A stretch of 64,000 nt of DNA from Lama guanicoe (taxonomy: Eukaryota). Location: the NCBI GenBank assembly GCA_013239625.1, contig MU053994.1:4383434-4447433 (forward strand). The letters run 5' to 3'. The notes under the pieces were generated by a model, which saw nothing but the letters and a program-made list of their open reading frames with translations, was not told the origin of the DNA and searched no databases. The position numbers were made by a program, and so were the translations under genes. The stretch's first letter is position 1. Every line of letters starts with the position of its first letter. Of the stretch, positions 12,600 through 25,134 are shown piece by piece.

Positions 12600-12707
12600 G
12601 ACAAGTCTCCCACATTCAGACCAGCCCACATTCAAGGAGAGGGAAAGTAGACTCCGCCTCTTAATGAAAGAAGTGTCAAAGAATTTGCGAGTATGATTTA
12701 AAACCAC
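12600..12707 (-). mobile_element. MaLR LTR fragment (MLT1-like)
   Basis: ccagcccacattcaaggagagggaaagtagactccgcctcttaatg...gtcaaagaatttgc matches the antisense of MLT1G/H-type LTRs. Confidence 0.65.
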
Positions 12708-12884
12708 TTCTCTTTTCTCACTGATGAAGATGAAAAATCGTGTAGTGATCTGATCAACAGGATTCTAAGGGATTAAAGAGAGTACAGCCAAGAGTATATA
12801 CCAGCAAAGCAAACTTAACTCTGTTGTGCAATGATTATTTCCTTGAAGCACTCAGAGGTAGTTTACTGTATAATCAAGATGGTT

Positions 12885-14245
12885 CTAAGATTTATGTCAG
12901 ATAATGTTTTGCCTATGTTTTCTTCTAAGAGATTGTCTTATGTTTAAGTCTTTAAGCCATTTTGAGTTTATTTTTGTGAATGGTGTGAGGGAGTATTCTA
13001 ACTTCATTGGTTTACATGCAGTTGTCCAGTAATCTTAGTAGTGTTCTCCTAGGGCAGTCTACCCAGGCAATAGAAATAAAAGCAAAAATAAACAAATAGG
13101 ACCTAATTAAACTTTGCACAGGAAAGGAAACCATAAGCAAAACAAAAAGACAACCGATGGAATGGGAGAAAATATTTGCAAAAGATGAAATTGACCAGGG
13201 CTTAATTTCCCAAATATATAAATAGCTCATACAACTCCATAACAAAAAACCAAACAACCCAATCCAAAAATGGATAGAAGACCTAAACAAGCAATTCTCC
13301 AACAAAGACATACAAATGGCCAATAGGCACACAAAAAAATGCTCAATATTACTAATTATCAGAGAAATGCAAATCAAAACTACAATAAGGTATCACCTCA
13401 TACCAGTCAGAATGGTCATCATTCAAAAGTCCACAAATGATAAATGCTGGAGAGGGTGTGGAGAAAAGGGAACACTCTTGCACTGTTGGTAGGAATGTAG
13501 TTTTGTGCAGCCATTATGGAAAACAGTATGGAGATTCCTCAAAAGACTAAAAATAGACTTACTATATGACCCAGCAATCCCACTCCTGGGCATATATCCA
13601 GAGGGGACCTTAATTCAAAAAGATACATGCACCCCAATGTTCATAGCAGCACTATTTACAATAGCCAAGACATGGAAACAACCTAAATGTCCATTGACAG
13701 ATGACTGGATAACGATAACGAAGCCGTGGTGTATTTATACAATGGAATACTACTCAGCCATAAAAAATAGTAAAATAATGCCATTTGCAGCAACATGCAT
13801 AGACCTGAAGAATGTTATTCTAAGTGAAATAAGCCAGAAAGAGAAAGAAAAATACCATAGAATCTGAAGAAAAAAAAAAAGACAAATGAACTTATCTACA
13901 AAACAGAAACAGACTCACAGACATAGAAAATCAACTCATGGCTATCAGAGGGGTAAGGAGATGGGAAGGGATAAACTGGGAATCGAGATTTGCAGATACT
14001 AACTAATATATATATATATAAAATAAACAAACAAGTTCATACTGTATAGCACAGGGAACTATATTCAATATCTTGTAGTAATTTATGGTGAAAAAGACTA
14101 TGAAAACAAATATATATATATTCATGTATGACTGAAGCATTGTGCTGTGCACCAGAAATTGGCACAACATTGTAAACTGACTATACTTCAGTAAAAATTG
14201 TAAACTGACTATACTTCAGTAAAACTGACTATACTTCAGTAAAAA
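12885..14245 (+). mobile_element. Lineage-specific LINE-1, 5'-truncated, with an inverted 5' segment (12885-13030 antisense, 13031-14245 sense)
   Basis: ORF track shows the ORF2p C-terminus ([31 protein letters not shown]...); 12885-13030 is the reverse complement of the L1 segment directly upstream, as seen by comparison with about 46205-46355. Confidence 0.9.
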
Positions 14246-14259
14246 TATATATATGTGTG

Positions 14260-14300
<41 letters not shown>
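14246..14300. repeat. Compound (AT)n(GT)n(AT)n(AC)n microsatellite at the L1 tail
   Basis: Directly visible. Confidence 0.95.
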
Positions 14301-14301
<1 letters not shown>

Positions 14302-14696
14302 AAGTGATTGTCCTCCTAATGTTTGCGTGAGAACAACTGATTTCCTGTCTGTTTCCAACCCCAGCTACCAAAGCCATCAGCTAGCCAATGTTGCCATCTT
14401 TCCCTGAGAGTGTCCTTTATCCAATCCCTGCCTTTCCCCCATGACTATGCAAAGCCCTTGTGGTAGACATCTCATATACAGCTGTGTTATCTGGCTGTCC
14501 ACTGGAGCTGCCACAAGGCCTACTCTCCTTGAAAGCTGAGCACTCAAAAGGACACAAGGCGTGTGTAATTCAAAATTTAGCCTTATGGTGCTCACATCTA
14601 ATGGGGCTCAGGTTATCTGATGTTCATGGTATGTTTTTTTCCTTTGTGCCTTAACTGCCTCTTGAAGCCATTTATAAAACAAGTTTGTTTTTAAAA

Positions 14697-15076
14697 GTGT
14701 TTTATTTTTATACAATTGTAAAGGTTAATTTTCATTTACAATTATTACAAACTATTGGCCGTATTCCCCATGTTGTACCATACATCCTTGAGCCTGTCTT
14801 ATACCCAACAGTTTGTACCTCCCGCTCCCCCACCTTTTTACCCCGTACCCTGCTCCTCTTCCCCACTGGTAACCACTAGCTTGTCCCCTTTATCTGTGAG
14901 TCAAGTTTCTTTTTTGTTATATTCACTAGTTTGTTGTATTTTTGGATTCCACATATAAGTGATATCACATAGTGTTTGTCTTCCTCTGTCTGACTTACTT
15001 CAGTTAGCACAATGTCCTCCAAGCCCATCCATGTTGCTGCAAATGATAAAATTTCTTTCCTTTTTATGGCTGAGTA
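14697..15076 (-). mobile_element. 5'-truncated LINE-1 3' end
   Basis: Minus ORF YSAIKRKEILSFAATWMGLEDIVLTEVSQTEEDKHYVISLICGI is the ORF2p C-terminus, followed by 3'UTR. Confidence 0.9.
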
Positions 15077-15321
15077 CCTATACATTTACTTTTAAAATGC
15101 TGAGCAACGTACTACAAAAACATATTGTACAAGTATTCAATAAAATTACCATAAAAATGTCATCCCAGGTCCTCACTTTTCCAAAGTTTTCATGTGCTCC
15201 AGGTCAGCAGGAGTCTCAAGTGCTACAGTGGGAAGTCCAACTGTTCAGGGCTAAGGTAACTTTCAGGTCACGTGAGAGGGCCCTGCACTGTATTGTTCCC
15301 AAAAACAGGAACTAGAAAGGA

Positions 15322-15735
15322 CTGTTGTGGCAAAGCCACTAGTCTGTTCATTTCCTTCAGTATGCAGTTGAACTGCATTTCCCAGCCCCTTTTGAGGTTA
15401 GGTAGAGTCCGTGTGACTAAGTTCTGAGACCAGTGGAATATCTGCAGAGTGATGCAGGGTACTTCCAGGCCTGGTTACAAAACTCTCTCCCTATCCCACT
15501 CTCTTTCCCTTCTGTGGAATTCTTGCGGGCCAAATATTGAATATGATGGAATTACAAGGAAGCGTTAAAAGATGGAGGAAACCTATAGGTGTTTGAATGG
15601 CCATGTCAAGAAAACTAGTCCCCAACTGTCTGTATTACACTATGATTCCATCTCAGAGAGAAATACAATTTAATTGAATCAAGCCTTTGAGATTTCAAAT
15701 ATTATCTATTATAGCATCACATTTATTGAATACCA
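15322..15735 (+). mobile_element. MaLR solo LTR (MLT1I/J-like)
   Basis: catttcccagccccttttgaggttaggtagagtccgtgtgactaagttct...tacttccaggcctgg...aagcctttgagattt is the typical old MLT1 pattern. Confidence 0.7.
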
Positions 15736-17116
15736 TCTCTTCTAGTTATTTTGGCAGAATAGGAGTCCAGTAAAGTCTGGTGCATGGGAGTTGAGGTGCA
15801 GACGTTTTCCCAAAACCCAGGAATAACCAACTGGGTATAGTAAAGAGGAGAGAAATAACCCATGAATGATTCTAGGGATGATCTTTAAGTAAGAACTACA
15901 AAATTGTTCAGGAATATACATTACCATTTCATATGCAAAGAAAGGACAGCCTACCTCACAGAAATGAAAAGAAGAGAAAGGCTCTGAGTATCTTGCTAAG
16001 ACTCAGAGCAAAGTTTATATAATTGATCTACCCTAAGGTTGCTGGGGGTAGAGGCAGAAGATGCTCTGTGGGAACTGTTCCCAGACTATCATATGTCCAC
16101 AGTGGAAGGAGAAACAGAAAGTCCCCTGCACATTCCACCTAAGTCAATGTCCTTGACCTCTTGTGGGTGTAGCAAAATGCATGTATGTTTGGAGGGTGAG
16201 GAAGAACTGAGGTCCACTAGAGATCAATAATTGAAAAAAGTATCAGTTTCCTTCGTCCTTCCTCAAATTATACCATGTTAAGGGTCCCCTACTCTGTCAC
16301 TTTGTCATATTTAGCCTGTGGAAGAGAATGCAGGGGAGACCATGAAACCAAGTATAGACCGAGTAGTTCTGTCCATCTGCACTGTGAGCTTCAATTACAT
16401 TATTCATAAAGCTTCTTTTTTGCTCTTCTGAGAACTTACCCTCCTTACGTGTTGGACATTTACACCTCTATCAACACACTGTATAGAGAAGTAGACATAT
16501 ATAGATGTAGATACAGATATAGATCTTGAGCATCTAATCAAAAGCAAGAATGGCTAGTCTGTTTAGCCTTGGAAAGTGTTTGTGCATCCTTTCCAGAGTG
16601 CCCCTGCTAATTTCTAGTAGGAGCGATTCCACCACAGGATTAAGGGCCTAATAAAACTAACAAGCTCTAAATTAAATTGCTTTGCAGTTTTTCCTGTCTT
16701 TCCAGTGAAATAGTACTTCCTAATACTTTCTGTTAATCAGGATAAAATTCCAGTACACATCAAGCATTTAACCTACAATTTATTCTTACAGTAATTTTAT
16801 ACGGAATTTATGGACCAGAGTCCATAGTTCAATCATCTAATCTCTTTTCTTGTTTCCAGTTTATTTTACTGTTCTGAGGGGGGGAAAATGCAAATGCTTG
16901 ACAAGAGACTCCAATCAGAAATCATTTATCAGTATTTGTACTTGATGAGGCACAAAATTATACCGGAAGTTTGACCTTGTAATGATGGATTCTTGTGTCA
17001 ACTACAAACCACAGACTATCCATGGGCTCATATTGTAGAGTCTACTGGTCTCCTTCCCATTAACTGACTCCTGGAACTTAGTAAGTTTAAATGTCATCAT
17101 TCCTATGAAATTTTTT

Positions 17117-17297
17117 GGAGGGGGAGGGTATAGCTCAGTGGTAGAGTGCATGCTTAAGCATGCACAAGGTCCTGGGTTCAATCCTCGGTACCTCCGTTAA
17201 ACAAACAAACAAACAAATAAACCTAATTACCATGTCTCCCAAAAAAACAACAAAAACAAAAACAAACAAAAAACAACAACAACAGAAGTAAAAAAAA
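17117..17297 (+). mobile_element. Camelid tRNA-Ala-derived SINE (vic-1 type)
   Basis: ggggagggtatagctcagtggtagagtgcatgc...ggtcctgggttcaatcc with intact A and B boxes and an A-rich tail. Confidence 0.92.
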
Positions 17298-17333
17298 TTT
17301 TGAACTCTAGCTTAGCTCTGGATATTTGGATGC

Positions 17334-17997
17334 TGTGTAGTAAAGAATTAATCTTACCCAAATTGGAGTCCAGCCTTTGCCCTCAGCTCCTGGGAGGTGA
17401 TCTCTGAGCTCTTAGAATGTCTTGCCTGCTAAGAGTGCCTTTGTTTACCTGGGGAGCGTTGAGCCACACTAGATGGTCCGACAATGTGACTTATGGTAGA
17501 AACTTTAGGCATGTAGTATCAGCTTGACCTCCAGAGACGATGGGGACAAAAGACCAGCCACATGTCGGGAGTCAACCATGTTTCTGTTGACTGAGTTCCA
17601 ATAACAACTGGACAACAAGGCCCAGGTGAGCTTCCTTGGGTGCCAATATTCTGTATGTATTGCTACACATTTTTGTCAAGAAAAATTAATACTGTTTATG
17701 ACTCCACTGGGAGAGGACGACTGGAAGCTTCACACTTGGAACTTTCCTAGACATTGCCCCAGGTGTCTCTTCCCTTGGCTGATTTTAATCCATATCCTTT
17801 AACTGTAATGCACTGTAACCTGGAGTGTAGCAGCTTTCAGTGAGTTCTTTGAGTCCCTTGAGCCAATTATTGAAACTGAGGGTGTCTTTGGAGACTCCAA
17901 AAATGAAACTGGGATCAGATGTGAAGGTGGTCTTGGAGGTCCTCAAACTTGCAGTTGGTGCCAGAGGTGAGGGTGGTTTGGGGGATGCCAAACTACA
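17334..17997 (+). mobile_element. Solo LTR (MER21-like)
   Basis: TG...CA termini; tgtagtaaagaattaatcttaccc...ctcctgggaggtgatctct...cactgggagaggacgactggaagc...aaacttgcagttggtg matches the recalled MER21B/C consensus. Confidence 0.8.
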
Positions 17998-18507
17998 AAC
18001 ACCATGCCAAATGTTTTCAGAATGTACATTTCTAATCAAGAACACGGTGCCATAAATGGGAACAATTACTGACAAACCTCGATTATCCACAACGTCACTT
18101 CTTCGGGTACTGCATCTCTAAGAATTCCTTGCCTTCCCTGCCACTAACTCTTTATAGCAGAATGTCCACGGTCTCACAGAAATACCATAAAACTAGCTTT
18201 CAGATAAAATAATAACTCAAAGTTTTTTTTCTCAATGATTTTCACCTTGTAACTGAGGATGGATTCCTGCAAAGAACAATGGCCTCAGGATATAATTAAA
18301 TTATACTTAATTGTGCAGCCAGAGACAAATGTATTGTGATAGCTGTTAGCTAATGGCATCTCATTTGCCATCCTGTACTTTCTCCATTGAAATAGTCATA
18401 AAGAAAAACCATGGAGAGGAATGTAAGTTGCAACAAGACTGGAAATTAATAACTCCCAGACTCCAGGAGGTGTTTCTATTAAACAAGAAATCAGTTTGAA
18501 AATGTAA

Positions 18508-19012
18508 TGTGTTAGTCAAGTCTAAGTCAAGAAAACAAACATCTCTAGGTTTTCCAAAAGGAGAGATTTAATAAAGGAAATTGGCTACACTGCTGATGGA
18601 GAAACAGAGAAGCAAAATATAGGAGAGTGAGGCAACTCAAAAGTGGGCAAGAGCAAGAGGCTCCTAGGAAGGGATCATCAGGCGAAGGCAGGAACCAGGG
18701 AAGGATCTGCAAGATGAAAGTGGATGGAGCTGTCTGTTGAAAGCTGGGGTTTGAAGGGACCAGAGTCATGAAGGAGCTACAGTCCCTGCCAGAGGCAATG
18801 CCCGAAGCAGAGAGAGAGAATTACCTCAGCTTCTCATTTCCTCCCATATTTCAATCTCCCATTAGTGTCTCTCTTTTGCAGAACCCAACCAGAAGCCAGC
18901 TAATGTGGAAATGTGGGCCACCCAGCCTGTAAGGGTCTGCTCCCTGCCATATAGAGTGGAACAAGGGAAGGTGAACACTAGAGCTCAAAGAAAATAGGCA
19001 AATGACCAGCAT
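18508..19012 (-). mobile_element. Ancient ERV solo LTR (LTR78-like; family uncertain)
   Basis: tgtgttagtc...gatttaataaaggaaattggctacac...gcagaacccaaccagaagccagc...ggcaaatgaccagca resembles antisense ancient eutherian LTRs. Confidence 0.55.
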
Positions 19013-19789
19013 ACTACTGGAGGCTCAGGCACAAGCTAACCTGTAGATTTAAACACCAAAAATATAAATGAAAAAAAATGCTTGCCAATTGCTTGAGGTA
19101 TTCACCACCCTATCTCACAGACACAGAACCAACCTAACCAAGAAACCAGATAGCAGCCAATACAGACATGCATACAAGTTGGCCAGGAGTGTTGTTCCAC
19201 CCAATATAGTGCCTTTAAAAAAAAATCTTTTCAAGACTTTAAGTTATTAGAAATGGAACATGACCAGTACTCAAACCCAAGATGATGGTAAATTGCCTTC
19301 TGAAAATTTAATCTAAGCTATGCACACCAGATTCTATGGGGTTTTACAAAATATTTCAGTGAAATAAATAAGTTAAATAAATAAATTCATACATACATAA
19401 AATAAAAGAACCACAACATCCTAGAATGCTTCCACTTATCCAGGAATGAATTAGTCTCTATAACGTAAATTTACAGGAGCAAGAGAAAATCCCTTTTTAG
19501 TTAAGAGAGGTCCAGTGGATTAATGGTTGTTGGACTCCAGGTGTTTGGTTAGGAGCTATGTATGTTATTTGTCATTCAGCTCAATATCACAAAGGAGGAT
19601 GCTCTTAGCTCTCAGTTGGACAGTGAGAGAGGATAAGGGGAATTCACATTGTGCCTGGATTGAACGTTATCATTTAGTGATATGTGTAAAAAAGTGGGTC
19701 CTGCTAAAAAATTTTGATTATATCAGACAAGGGGAATATTAACTTGACAGTTCAGGAGGTAATTATTCTTTCTTAAACCTGAGCTACCT

Positions 19790-21350
19790 GTTACAAACAC
19801 AACTTTTGGAAAGAAATCATTGGTTGTTCTCAAGGAAAATTTTTTTAAAATATAGATTATAACAAGAAGAAAAGAAGGTGAGATGATGGGACCCTGGCTG
19901 AAATGACGAAGGACAAAGGGTTGGATAAGACATAGGCTCATATGAAGAGGGAAGTAGCTGAGAGAGAGAAAGACATCAAGAGATGTAACAATGTAATGAT
20001 AAAATTTAAATTTACAGTGCTATCAGGAAAAGACAGATTTAATACTGCAGGAAAGCAAGTCAGTGATGAGAAAAACAGATTTGAGAAGGATTCACTGAAG
20101 ACAGAAAAAACAGGCAAAAGATGATATCAAAGAAAGAGAAGATAAGTATGAAGACAAGAGCACAGAGCTTACCTGAAGAAAATCAGTGTTCCTGAAGAAG
20201 AAACAGAAGACACAGTGCAGTAATTGGTGGTACAACAGAAGATGATGGTCTTCAATTGCTGAGTACAAAGTATGATTAATGAATAGACACTCATATCTGA
20301 CATATTTTGGTGCAAGTTTTGAATTTTGAGAAAAAAAGAAAAACGTGCCTGGGCAGATAAAACAGGTTACCTAGAAAAGAATTAGAATCGAACCAGCCTC
20401 CTATTTCCCCCTGTGCCATTAAATTCCACAAGGCAAGCAACAGCATCCATGTAATTTTGAGAGGAAAAAGCTTGGGAGTTAAAAATTCTATTTCAGGTGA
20501 ATTTGCTATCATAGTAGATGCTGTAGATCTCTGACTTCAAGACAGAAATACTCATTCTCTCAAATACTGGGAGTGTTGGCTGCTGAGGCCTCCAAGCTGC
20601 ATCTCTCTCTAGGAATTGTCTTCAGCAGATGGGAAGCCACAACTAGACTCCTTCAGGTGGCAGACCACCCACATCACTGGTCCATGCAGAGGTACAAAGG
20701 TCTAGCCTCTTGCTCCAAAATTTGGGGGCAACTCTGAAGGACCACCCCATCTCTGGAGCTTTCCATGGGACTGGCTGAAATCTCTGTTACAAGTGCCTCA
20801 CAGTTCATCTTCCTCTGCGCATCCTGCTTCCCTCACTGCCCTACAACTCTTGTTCTCAAGATCACTCCTCAGTCAACCTCTGCCATATACATCTTTGTCT
20901 CAGCGTCTGTTTCCGGGGCTCCTGCCCTAAGACAATATTCATTTAACAAAAGGGAAATACTTATTCCAGTACCAATTGAAGAATGAAAATAAATAGCTTA
21001 AGAAAGGGAAGTAGTGCTATAATACTCAGAATTTAAGCACTGAAACTAGTTAATCATACAGTTATTGTTGGAAGCAGGCTTACAAAAGAGAATGAAAATA
21101 TAAAAAAATAATTTTTCAAAGAGATTAGATATAGGTTAAACACGTATTTAGTGATGATTGTCTGGCTTTAAAATTCCAGATTACATGTTCTAAGACTAGA
21201 AGGTATGGAAGGAAGAGCTGGGGAAAGAAAAGAGTTCTACGTTTCTTATCTTACATAGGTAGCAGTTGAGATTGAAAGAGTCAAAGGATACTCTGTATTG
21301 CCTGAATTGAATAAATAGAAAGCTATAAACTTAAATATAATTCTGATATA
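19790..21350 (+). mobile_element. Ancient L1ME/HAL1-type ORF1 region, split by an LTR at 20511-20934
   Basis: Coiled-coil-like ORF1 remnant (DRFNTAGKQVSDEKNRFEK) and aaacaggttacctagaaaagaattagaatc...aaaattctattt. Confidence 0.55.
20511..20934 (+). mobile_element. ERVL solo LTR (LTR16-like)
   Basis: gggagtgttggctgctga...ggggcaactctgaagg...gtctcagcgtctgtttccgggg...cctaagaca is the LTR16-type pattern and terminus. Confidence 0.75.
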
Positions 21351-21359
21351 CTTAGAAGC

Positions 21360-22030
21360 ATAAAAGTTGAAAAAATTAAAGTATCCACTTTTGTTGAAGA
21401 TGATGAAACATTTATTATCATACTGTCAGTAGGGGTACAAATTGATAAAGCCTTTCTAGAAATATATATATATATAAATATATAATATACTTATATATAT
21501 ATATATCACTTCCAGTTATATGGCAATCTTTCAATGTAAATGCTGACTCTGGAGTATAAAGATGCATGTAAAGTTTATTGAAGCATTTTTTTTCTGAGTG
21601 AAAAACTGTAAATAACCTAAAACTTATCAATATGAAAGCTGTGAATTAAATTCTTATTTATACAACGGGATATGATGAACCTATTAAAAAAGAATCAACT
21701 CTGTTTAAAGGCACTATTATAGACTGATCTCCATGATATCAATGAATCAAAACCCAGTTATAGTGCAATGTATCTTATATAAATAAAGTTATAGCTATAT
21801 TTTGACATGTTCATGAATGCACCTAAAAGCATAGAAAGGAACTGAAAGGATAATCACTGAATTGATCAAATTTTCTCTGGGGGAGAAATGAAATTGACAG
21901 GCTTTGTGAGACTGAGTGGGGCAATTTGATTTATCTACATTCTTGGAATTTTTCACAATGGTAGTGTGTTCATGCATTATGTACATATTCCAAAATGTAT
22001 AAAAATAACTTTTTCATAATCAGGAAAGGC
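21360..22030 (+). mobile_element. Old LINE-1 3' end (L1ME-type) with an internal (AT)n tract
   Basis: gggtacaaattgataaagcctttctagaaa...aagtttattgaagcattttt...aaataacctaaaacttatcaata. Confidence 0.6.
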
Positions 22031-23339
22031 TTAATTACTCAAAAGCTAATGTTAATAATATTGGCCAAGATACTTTGAAATAATGTATAGATTTTTCCAC
22101 CACAAAATACATAAAAATTAATTCTTGATGGATTAAAGAGTTAGATAAAATGGAACCATGAAAAAATAAAATCTTTAAACAAATTACAAAAATATGTGTA
22201 TTTGTAGGAAAAATGTAGAATTTAACAAAGAAACAAAAAGTAACCTTTAAATGGTAAAGTTAAAAAAAAAACAAAAATATTTGCCCACTTACAATTCATA
22301 AGAACAGGACACCCATTGTAATTGCATCACAATTGTGGTTCTGGGCACACTGGTAGTCAAAATAAACAATCAAAAAACAGAACAACAGCAATAACAAAAA
22401 CAACAAAACACTGGAATTAGAATTTCCATTCTTCATCAGTAAAAAAGAAAGCCAACAGTACTTCAGTGGAAGTGAAACATTTACTCTAAAATATATTTTT
22501 GAGATGGGAGACACTAGATGATATTGACAAGAATGTCTCTTGTATTGAGGAGTGGACTCTGTAACAACTCACTGAAATTTGAAGACATAACACCAAGACA
22601 CAAGTCAATGTAAACAGCTTCATAGCGGAGGACAAGACAGTTCAGTACAATTATGTAGCTTTAATGGTCTGACTTGAACCAGGTGTAAGTTTTAGGCTGT
22701 CTAGCAGAATAGATAGCCTGAATGTCCTTTCAACAATCTTCCATAAGAACCAATTCCTTCAGTTGGGCTTTTGATAAAATGTGTGATGTGGGCTCTTTAT
22801 ATCATACTGTGTTTGGGAATATAAACCATACATATGAGTATCATGTGAGTAGCACCAATTATCAGAAAAAAAAGTAGTTCAAAGGAGGGAGAGGTGACTT
22901 TCTATTGGAATAACAGAGATAAACTATGTGCTGGAGCTATGCTTTGAATTAGGCTTTAAAGGTTTAGGAAGGTTTTCAGAGGTTGAAGTTTGGGGGGATG
23001 GGAGTAAACGATGCATGCCTAGGAGCAGGATAGCTATACTGAAAAGTACACTAGACTTGAAGTTAAGAGACCTAGGTGATAGACTGACAATCTATAATAG
23101 GCATGAGTGAAACAACTGAGCTGAGAAAGTAGAAGGAAAGTTTGGTGGAACACTGAAGTAGAGCTGCTGAATTGAAGCATAAATTTTGTGAAAGAGGGCA
23201 ATAAAGGTGGAGAGTGGGGTGGTTTGGACCATGAGATGATAGCAGTCAATATGTTATTTTCTACTATGCTTCCAGATTCCACACAAGGTTCTTGGGAAAT
23301 GGGCAAGGATAGCATATTCTTTGTAAATAAGCTATAAAG

Positions 23340-23475
23340 AAGCTTTGGAATCATTTGGTCAACTCATTGACTTCATAGAGGAATCTAAAGTCCACATCCA
23401 TGGAGGTAAAGCAAATCACTCAAGTTGACCAGGTGGGAGGAAAGGCCAGACTTAGAATCCAGCAGTCTGAGTTTT
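23340..23475 (-). mobile_element. MIR/MIR3 SINE fragment
   Basis: ggaggtaaagcaaatcactcaagttgaccagg...gccagacttagaatccagcagtctgag matches antisense MIR. Confidence 0.55.
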
Positions 23476-25000
23476 TCTTAATTCATAGGTTATTGATGAT
23501 CCTTTTTTTTTTTTAATGAGGATTTTCCTCTTGTAATGTTTCTTTCATGAAGCCAGAACCATGCTGAAAAGATGCCAGACTATTGGATGATGAGGGAGAT
23601 CCTAGATGTTCCTAATCCAGCTAAGCTCAGAGTAGAAATCATTCTAATTTTCAGTCATTACATTTTGAGGTTGTTTGTTACACAGCAATACTAACAGCAG
23701 AAAGACATGACTAGTATATTTTCTAGGTTTCTTTTCTAGCAAGAATCTGTTCTACCCCATTCCTATCTTCTCTCACCCCAGTGAACTTTTCCCACAAGAG
23801 GCTGATTGTCCCATTACAACTTGCTTCCCCTGGAGCACTCCCTACTTCTCAACTCCACTATCTTAACTGCACCTTATCTATCCCCTTCCCACTTAGGTTA
23901 CACGCTGTGTAAAAATGGAAACATGACAAGTAGATGCTATTTCTCTCTAATAAGAACACAGCAGGAAGAAGATTGGCCCTGCTCCATCTCATTACCACAA
24001 TCATTAGCGGGGACACAGGTGAGTAATTACAAGATGTTGGCTATTCCCCAGATTTCTCCTCTCTCAGAACATAGCAGGAGGATGCTCGGCCATGGGTCAC
24101 TGATGGTCTTCAGCAAGTGAGCCTTCTGACCTTCCCTCCTCTGTATCCCTCATTATCCTTCTCCCCTCACCCAGGGTAGTCTGTGTCGATGGATCCCTGA
24201 TCACACCAAATGCCACAGGCAGACCTAGCACTTATATTCCCTATGTAGTTGTCATTACTTCAGCCTAGAAGAGTTTGTCAAAAGTAACCTTGGGTGACAT
24301 CATGGGTTGATTTGGGGGACAGAGAGGGAAAGGAAGGCAGAAGAGTTCACACTTTCTTCTACTTCATATGTTAGAGTTCCTCTGCAAAGAAAATGTCTGA
24401 AAACCACAACCCTAAAGCTCAGTTCCCCAAAGCTCTCAAAGAATGGAACAAAGCCAAATTTTTTGAGAGAAATCAGTCTTTCCTATGGAGCTGCACCCAG
24501 TGCCTTGGGTCCTGGCACAATCCAACTTGAAGAAGCAAAGGAATATTGTTTCACAGAGGTCAGTTTATGACTCTTCCCCTACCCTTGAGAAGTCTTTATA
24601 TTTTTATTTTCTGAGAAAATGGTTTTGTAGGATATCAACAGATTTAAATTATATAAATATCTCACACATAATATTAACTCAAAAATAATATCAACATCTC
24701 TGGTTACACATTCACAAGGATCTGAAAGAAGTTTAGATGTTCACCGGGAAACTTCAGTGAGCATGATTAGGTGGCATTTTGACTGTTATTGTTTGTTCTT
24801 AGGGAATTTAAAACATTTGAAAGAGCTTCTCTCAAAACGTAGAACTGAATATGAAAAGCATCTGGGATCCTGAGTTAACTTTATAGACAAATCAAAATAA
24901 TTCAGTTAGTAATGAGAATTAGCTGGTTTCCTCACCACTTCTACACTTCACATACAGAATCTGACTTGGTGAAATAGGATTTCACCTTAGGTGATTTTAG

Positions 25001-25134
25001 TAGGGTGTTCATATAATACATCATACAAATTAGGGTAATTTTGAGACTAAAAGCAGGTTCCACCAGTAACTACTCCATGACAACAGGCATAAAATGGGAT
25101 TGTCCTAGGCAAACCTGGATGCATGTTTTCCCTA
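25001..25134 (+). mobile_element. MER94-like hAT (Blackjack) MITE
   Basis: 134 bp, tagggtg...cccta termini, internal gacaacaggcataaaatgggattgtcctaggcaaacctgg; degenerate 8-bp TSD gattttag/aatttgag (6 of 8 match). Confidence 0.75.

Noticed and set aside
14170..14245. Repeat array superficially like CRISPR
   Set aside because: Tandem repeats without unique spacers, derived from an L1 terminus, in a mammalian context with no cas genes.
17117..17200. Apparent tRNA-Ala(AGC) gene, also at 8969, 10593, 27455-27535, 39529 and 53421
   Set aside because: These have SINE tails, mostly clear TSDs and stem-disrupting mutations; they are SINE heads, not functional tRNA genes.
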